Shown: piece after piece, positions 59,040-64,000 of the stretch
How positions within the stretch are numbered: the first letter of the stretch is position 1
Layout: every line of letters begins with the position of its first letter
DNA from: a virus
IMG/VR virus record: IMGVR_UViG_3300042893_001481
Strand: one strand, 5' to 3'
Length of the DNA: 64,000 nucleotides
The notes under the pieces: model-generated
What the model was told of the DNA's origin: nothing
The model's input: the letters and a program-made list of their open reading frames with translations, nothing else
Database searches by the model: none
Translations under genes and position numbers: made by a program

Positions 59040-60029
59040 ATGGAAATTACTAAAAATCAGACTAACAAAGGTCGTAAAGAAATTGTCATGTTAAACCTAT
59101 TTTCAGGTTTAGGTGGGGGTAGGTTATCTGCTGAACGAGCAGGTTTAAAAGTTAAAACCGAATACTATAGTGAAGTTGACCCTCATGCACTTAAAGTGAT
59201 GAAAAAAAGATTTCCCGATTCGATTCCTGTAGGTGATGTTAGAAATTTAAAAGCAATTGATTTTGTACATGTCACTATGATTACGGCGGGTTCTCCTTGT
59301 CAGAATTTTTCTTTGATGGGTAGTCGAAATGGAATGGCTACAAAAATTAAGGAACTTACAGATCTTAAAAGTTACACAGAACTTAAAAAGAATAATCACG
59401 TATTCACTAAAGATGATGGTGATTCATATTTGTTTTGGGAGTTTGTGAGATTATATCGTGAGATTAAAGCATTACAAATTAAAATGGGTTTACCTGTATT
59501 AGACTTCTTATTAGAAAATGTTAAGATGGCAACTAAATGGGAAAATGTAATCACCAAGGCGATGGGTGTCAACCCTATTGTGATTGATGCGGCATTAGTA
59601 TCGGCACAAAATAGAGTTCGTTTGTTTTGGACAAGTTTGGAAGGGGTGACACAACCAAAGGATTTAAATATTAAATTGGGTGATGTGATTAAAAATGCCA
59701 TTTGTGGAGCAGGGTTTAGAGGAAGAAAGATAAATGGTGTGTATGAATACTTTAAAACATATACTAAACAATTAAAATCAAATACGATTGTAACTTCATT
59801 GGGGAACAACGGAAAAAAATCAGGTACTGATAAGAGATACGGTACTGGTTATTATCTAACCAAGAAAGGTAATGTTGAACTTTTAAAGATTGAACATATA
59901 GAAGTTCTTCAATGTTTAGAGAAGGGATATACCAATGTTAAAGGTGTATCAAATACACAAAGAATCCGTATGATTGGAAATGCTTGGTGTATCGGAGTAA
60001 CATCTCACATCATGAAATTTTACAAGTAA
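59040..60029 (+). CDS. DNA (cytosine-5) methyltransferase
   Basis: LFSGLGG, AGSPCQNFS, LENV, AQNRVRLFW, MIGNAW. Confidence 0.92.
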   Translation: MEITKNQTNKGRKEIVMLNLFSGLGGGRLSAERAGLKVKTEYYSEVDPHALKVMKKRFPDSIPVGDVRNLKAIDFVHVTMITAGSPCQNFSLMGSRNGMATKIKELTDLKSYTELKKNNHVFTKDDGDSYLFWEFVRLYREIKALQIKMGLPVLDFLLENVKMATKWENVITKAMGVNPIVIDAALVSAQNRVRLFWTSLEGVTQPKDLNIKLGDVIKNAICGAGFRGRKINGVYEYFKTYTKQLKSNTIVTSLGNNGKKSGTDKRYGTGYYLTKKGNVELLKIEHIEVLQCLEKGYTNVKGVSNTQRIRMIGNAWCIGVTSHIMKFYK

Positions 60030-60068
60030 TTTTGAATTATCAACATAATTTCTTAAATTAGTACTATT

Positions 60069-60230
60069 ATGCAAGAGAAAGAATCAAAAACAAATTGGCA
60101 CTTTAAAATCAGTATTGCTAAGTCAATACTTAGAATTGGTGCGGGTGGGGCTTTAGTCCAACAATATTTTATCACTGCGGGTATTTTATTTATACTTGCA
60201 GAATTTTTAGGAATCGTAGAAGAATTATAA
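60069..60230 (+). CDS. 53-aa membrane protein
   Basis: Manual translation MQEKESKTNWHFKISIAKSILRIGAGGALVQQYFITAGILFILAEFLGIVEEL; preceded by TTTG-N19-TAAATTAG. Confidence 0.6.
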   Translation: MQEKESKTNWHFKISIAKSILRIGAGGALVQQYFITAGILFILAEFLGIVEEL

Positions 60231-60285
60231 ATTATGAATAGTTTTCTAATCAGTGCTTTTGTTAAAAGTTTAAAAAATCAAAAAA

Positions 60286-60582
60286 ATGCAAACAAAGATA
60301 AGACCGGTAAACAACGTAAATCCGACAACGTTCAACGAATTGATATTCCAACCTCATCCAATGGGAGTAGGAAATCAATGTATAGTACAATTTCCAAATG
60401 GTTACGGGGCTAGTATCGTAAAGGGTGACCATACCTATGGTGGTAAAGATGGTTTATACGAATTGGCGGTCTTTGGTAAAGACGGTCACATAACATATGA
60501 CACACCAATCACAGATGATGTACTTGGTTATTTAACAGAACAAGATGTTGAGGACACATTAAATAAAATCAAAGATTTATAA
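60286..60582 (+). CDS. Phage hypothetical protein
   Basis: [10 protein letters not shown]...YGG..GLYELAV...[11 protein letters not shown], a motif typical of small phage proteins. Confidence 0.65.
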   Translation: MQTKIRPVNNVNPTTFNELIFQPHPMGVGNQCIVQFPNGYGASIVKGDHTYGGKDGLYELAVFGKDGHITYDTPITDDVLGYLTEQDVEDTLNKIKDL

Positions 60583-60583
60583 T

Positions 60584-60868
60584 ATGAAAAATGGAAATTG
60601 GTTAAAAACGTTATTAGTTTTTTTATCTTTAACGTCTTTTATTTTAACGTTTTTATTATATACAACCAATACAAGATATAATAAATTTGAGACTACGTAT
60701 AAACTTGAAACTGATAGTTTACAAGCTATAACAGATAGTTTACGTGAGGAAAATTTCATTTTAAATGTTGAAATTATGAGACATGAAATGTCGAGAGAAG
60801 GGGTGTTAGTAAAATACCCAAAGGTGAATAGTGAGTATCAAAAATTTTACGGACACGAAACAGAATAA
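60584..60868 (+). CDS. Membrane-anchored hypothetical protein
   Basis: N-terminal TM helix followed by a coiled coil. Confidence 0.55.
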   Translation: MKNGNWLKTLLVFLSLTSFILTFLLYTTNTRYNKFETTYKLETDSLQAITDSLREENFILNVEIMRHEMSREGVLVKYPKVNSEYQKFYGHETE

Positions 60869-60869
60869 C

Positions 60870-61169
60870 ATGAATAAAAAAGAGACTGATTTACATATGG
60901 GTAATGGATATTTTATGAATATCAAAACCAGTAATAATGTGACGTTATATGAAGCATTTACAATTGACGATGACGGAACACCAATAAGGTTAAATGTACA
61001 AATAACGGCAGACTTTGCGGAAATACCCGAAAAATACCATGAAATATTTTTCAATGTTCTATCTTCAAAGTATTTAAATAAAGTAACCTTTACTGATAAT
61101 CCATTCTCAATGTGTAAAACCAATGAGAAAAGAAAGTGGTATCAATTTTGGAAACCAAAAAACACATGA
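60870..61169 (+). CDS. Hypothetical protein
   Basis: ATG at 60870; ends KWYQFWK. Confidence 0.5.
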   Translation: MNKKETDLHMGNGYFMNIKTSNNVTLYEAFTIDDDGTPIRLNVQITADFAEIPEKYHEIFFNVLSSKYLNKVTFTDNPFSMCKTNEKRKWYQFWKPKNT

Positions 61170-61330
61170 CAATGAAAACATATGAAATTATTGGGGGTTT
61201 TATGATTATTTCGGGTATACTTATGGCGTATTTTATGTATGCCGCACCTGAAATGGATGAACAAGGAAGAATAACTAAACCAGGTAAAAAGTTTAGTGAC
61301 CTGTTTAAAAAGAAAAAACGATATTTATAA
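61166..61330 (+). CDS. Small membrane protein
   Basis: One TM segment followed by APEMDE.G. Confidence 0.5.
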   Translation: MTMKTYEIIGGFMIISGILMAYFMYAAPEMDEQGRITKPGKKFSDLFKKKKRYL

Positions 61331-61333
61331 CAT

Positions 61334-61795
61334 ATGTCATATTCAGAAAAAGTGTTGGATCACTACTCAAATCCAAAAAATGTAGGAACTCTTGATAAGA
61401 GTAAACAAAATGTTGGAACGGGGTTGGTTGGTGCACCAGAATGTGGTGACGTAATGAGGTTACAGATTGAGGTGGTGGACAACATTATATTTGATGCTAA
61501 ATTTAAAACTTTTGGGTGTGGTTCAGCGATAGCATCTTCGTCGGTGGCAACCGAATGGTTAAAAGGTAAAAGTATAGATGAGGCGTTAACGATTGATAAC
61601 ATGGATTTGGTTGAGGAATTAAATCTCCCACCAGTTAAAATACACTGTTCGGTATTGGCGGAGGACGCTATTAAATCCGCAATAAATGACTATAAAAAGA
61701 AGCAAGGATTACAAGAAATTAAATTCGAGGATATCTTTAATGAGGAAAAAAAAGAAAGTGTTAAACAGTTCATTTTAGAACACAAACAAAAATAA
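61334..61795 (+). CDS. iscU: Fe-S cluster scaffold IscU
   Basis: YSEKVLDHY.NP.NVG, GAPECGDVM.LQI, FKTFGCGSAIASSS, LPPVKIHCS.LAEDAI. Confidence 0.97.
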   Translation: MSYSEKVLDHYSNPKNVGTLDKSKQNVGTGLVGAPECGDVMRLQIEVVDNIIFDAKFKTFGCGSAIASSSVATEWLKGKSIDEALTIDNMDLVEELNLPPVKIHCSVLAEDAIKSAINDYKKKQGLQEIKFEDIFNEEKKESVKQFILEHKQK

Positions 61796-61808
61796 AAAAA
61801 TATAAATC

Positions 61809-62117
61809 ATGAGTTTTATTATTGGGGGGGCTTGTGTTGATTGTATGGATACCGCTTGTGCAAATGTATGTCCGGTTGATTGTATTCACGGACCTATTGA
61901 TATAGATGGATCAGGTTCAGAAGTGGGTAAACAAGGTAAAGATGCATTTCCTGGTGGACAGTTATATATAAATCCTGATACATGTATCAATTGTGGAGCG
62001 TGTGTTCCTGAATGTCCTGTTAGTGCAATTTATGAAGATGAAGATATTGCAATTAAAGCGGGTGATGAAGTATCAGTACATAAAAATTATGAGTTCTTTG
62101 GTTTAAAGTATAATTAA
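61809..62117 (+). CDS. Dicluster (7Fe/8Fe-type) ferredoxin
   Basis: CVDCMDTACANVCPVDC and CINCGACVPECPV. Confidence 0.9.
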   Translation: MSFIIGGACVDCMDTACANVCPVDCIHGPIDIDGSGSEVGKQGKDAFPGGQLYINPDTCINCGACVPECPVSAIYEDEDIAIKAGDEVSVHKNYEFFGLKYN

Positions 62118-62118
62118 T

Positions 62119-62448
62119 ATGATTACAATTGGTGATAATGCTCTTGAGCATGTCGTTGAATTAATGATGAGTCAAGGGTTAACTCCCGAGACTCATTTTT
62201 TGCGTGTAGGTGTTAAGGGAGGTGGGTGTAGTGGTTTATCATATGTTATGGATTTTGATGACACAACAACCGACATGGATGAGGTTATTGATTTGACTGT
62301 GTTGAGAGTTGTTGTTGACAAAAAATCTGTCTTGTACCTATATGGTACACAATTAGAATATTCCGACGGTCTGAACGGAAAGGGGTTCCATTGGGTGAAT
62401 CCAAACGCATCACGTACTTGTGGATGTGGTGAAAGTTTTTCTTTATAA
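62119..62448 (+). CDS. iscA: A-type Fe-S carrier (IscA/HesB family)
   Basis: LRVGVKGGGCSGLSY, NPNA..TCGCGESF. Confidence 0.93.
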   Translation: MITIGDNALEHVVELMMSQGLTPETHFLRVGVKGGGCSGLSYVMDFDDTTTDMDEVIDLTVLRVVVDKKSVLYLYGTQLEYSDGLNGKGFHWVNPNASRTCGCGESFSL

Positions 62449-62485
62449 TTTTTTTTTATCGTTTATTTTATTTATAATTTAAGAT

Positions 62486-62821
62486 ATGGAATACATCTTA
62501 ACTTACGTTATTTTCATTGCGGGTTTATACTACATTGTTGGGTATAAAAAAATATGGAGTAAACTATTGATGTTTAAGTCACGAGAATATTGGATTAATT
62601 ATAACACAATTGAATTTGCATCTTGGATGGCAAAAGCAATCATCATTGTACCGGGGTTAATTTTTGGTATTGAATTATGGTACATGCATTTCTTTACATT
62701 ACTAACATCATCATTATTGATTTGGGCAAGTATGAGGAAGTCATTACCCACATTAATCTTATTCAACACAATATGGATTGTGATTTCTTTAACAATAATA
62801 TTAAGACACATTTTAAATTAA
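62486..62821 (+). CDS. Multi-pass membrane protein
   Basis: Four hydrophobic segments; SLPTLILFNTIW. Confidence 0.6.
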   Translation: MEYILTYVIFIAGLYYIVGYKKIWSKLLMFKSREYWINYNTIEFASWMAKAIIIVPGLIFGIELWYMHFFTLLTSSLLIWASMRKSLPTLILFNTIWIVISLTIILRHILN

Positions 62822-62826
62822 AATAT

Positions 62827-63030
62827 ATGCTAGAATTTACAACTGAAACCAACCCAAGTGAGTTTTCTGAAGAAATCAAACGTAAGAATAATCTTGTTAG
62901 TAATCCAAATATCAACGACCAAATATTTTGGGAAAGTCTCGAAAAGTTAACAAAGTGTAGAGACTTGTTATCACTAGAAGAAGAAAATTTTATTAATAAC
63001 CTTGCTAATAAATTTAAATACTTACGTTAA
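62827..63030 (+). CDS. Hypothetical protein
   Basis: ATG at 62827; coupled to the next gene by TAATG. Confidence 0.45.
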   Translation: MLEFTTETNPSEFSEEIKRKNNLVSNPNINDQIFWESLEKLTKCRDLLSLEEENFINNLANKFKYLR

Positions 63031-63644
63031 TGAAAGTGTTAGAATTATTTGCTGGTAGTCGTTCGGTTGGTAAGATAGCTGAAGGTTTAGGTATGGAGGT
63101 ATTCTCTTCTGATCTTACACCATTTGAAGGTATTCACTACCCTGTGAGTATCCTTGATTTTGATGTAACCAAGGTACCATTTCAACCCGATGTTATTTGG
63201 GCATCACCACCATGTACTGGATTTAGTGTTGCAGCAATTGGACATCATTGGGCTGGAGGTAAAGGTGCATACATTCCCAAAACAGACACAGCACGATTAG
63301 GTATTGAGTTAGTTAAGAAAACAATAGAAGTGATAGAACACTTTAATCCAACATACTGGTTCATTGAGAATCCTCGTGGGGTTCTTCGTAAGATGCCGTT
63401 CATGGAAGGTTATAAAAGAAATACCGTTACATATTGTCAGTATGGTGATGAACGTATGAAACCAACCGACATATGGACCAATAGTGATTTGTGGACTCCT
63501 CGTAAAATGTGTAAGAATGGTGACCCTTGTCACGTCGCGGCACCAAGAGGATCACGAACTGGAACACAAGGTAGAGCCAATGCTTATGAGAGAAGTAAGA
63601 TACCTGCCGAATTATGTTTAGAAATATTAAAAAGTTGTTTATGA
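63030..63644 (+). CDS. Short DNA (cytosine-5) methyltransferase-like protein
   Basis: LELFAGS, WASPPCT.FS, FIENP, YCQYG...KPT.IW. Confidence 0.85.
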   Translation: MKVLELFAGSRSVGKIAEGLGMEVFSSDLTPFEGIHYPVSILDFDVTKVPFQPDVIWASPPCTGFSVAAIGHHWAGGKGAYIPKTDTARLGIELVKKTIEVIEHFNPTYWFIENPRGVLRKMPFMEGYKRNTVTYCQYGDERMKPTDIWTNSDLWTPRKMCKNGDPCHVAAPRGSRTGTQGRANAYERSKIPAELCLEILKSCL

Positions 63645-63740
63645 TTGAAATGTTAACAATTATTGGATTTGTATTATTTGCAACACTATCGGTGTTCGGA
63701 TTAATAAACATGTTGATACAAATTAAAAGATTACCAAATA

Positions 63741-64000
63741 ATGAAGATTAAACACCCACTAGTTAAAGGTGTAGTTAAAGAAGTATCCCCAAGAATATAT
63801 TGTGTAACTGTCGATGATGATTACGACAGGGCAATGTTATTTTGTCGTTACCAAGAGTTTTACGAATCACCATATAAGAAGTTCAGAGGTAAACCATTTA
63901 CTTGGATGGAATATATGAGACATTATAAATCGGCATGGAAGAAAAGAACATTTACATATCCCGACGATTGGTCTGGATATAATATTCCATGTAATATAGT
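63741..64000 (+). CDS. Hypothetical protein, 3' truncated
   Basis: Open frame to the window end: MKIKHPLVKG...FCRYQEFYESP...WSGYNIP. Confidence 0.6.
   Translation, partial: MKIKHPLVKGVVKEVSPRIYCVTVDDDYDRAMLFCRYQEFYESPYKKFRGKPFTWMEYMRHYKSAWKKRTFTYPDDWSGYNIPCNI

Noticed and set aside
1753-63711. Many 60-140 aa antisense or nested ORFs in the track (for example 1753, 3419, 6077, 24016, 59396, 63427)
   Set aside because: They overlap well-supported genes on the other strand or frame and have no recognisable motifs.
1-64000. Alternative genetic code, tRNA/rRNA genes, transposases or integrases
   Set aside because: Genes tile densely under the standard code. No RNA gene or mobile-element signature was recognised by eye; tRNAscan/Infernal were not run.

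Overview
AT-rich (about 30% GC by eye), densely packed, standard-code window that reads as part of a large tailed-phage genome. Evidence: a tail-fibre-like protein with an S74-type chaperone tail, a T4 gp23-like capsid fragment, PcfJ-like proteins, orphan DNA methyltransferases and many small ORFans. Promoter-like TTTG-N19/20-TAnnTT(T/A)(G/T) motifs, absent Shine-Dalgarno sites and the IscU sequence suggest a Bacteroidota host. About 52 kb (1-52.2 kb) is a tailoring-enzyme island: 5 radical SAM enzymes, 8 2OG-Fe(II) oxygenase-like proteins, 9 SGNH-like proteins plus one remnant, a flavin halogenase, a carbamoyltransferase, a PAPS module with two sulfotransferases, NDP-sugar enzymes with a split TPP enzyme, glycosyltransferases and methyltransferases. 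An iscU-ferredoxin-iscA module lies at 61-62 kb. Two candidate novel features stand out. First, a 500-aa protein (30926-32428) made of a circularly permuted ATP-grasp domain, a non-splicing Hint domain ending in His-Asn, and a 31-aa Cys/Trp/Tyr-rich tail, placed in the middle of the tailoring operon like a self-releasing RiPP precursor. Second, about 18 island proteins of unrelated folds end in a shared K-x(0-1)-[NST]-[LIV]-[IL]-like C-terminal motif that may be a docking or targeting signal. All family calls come from motif recognition by eye; no searches were run.
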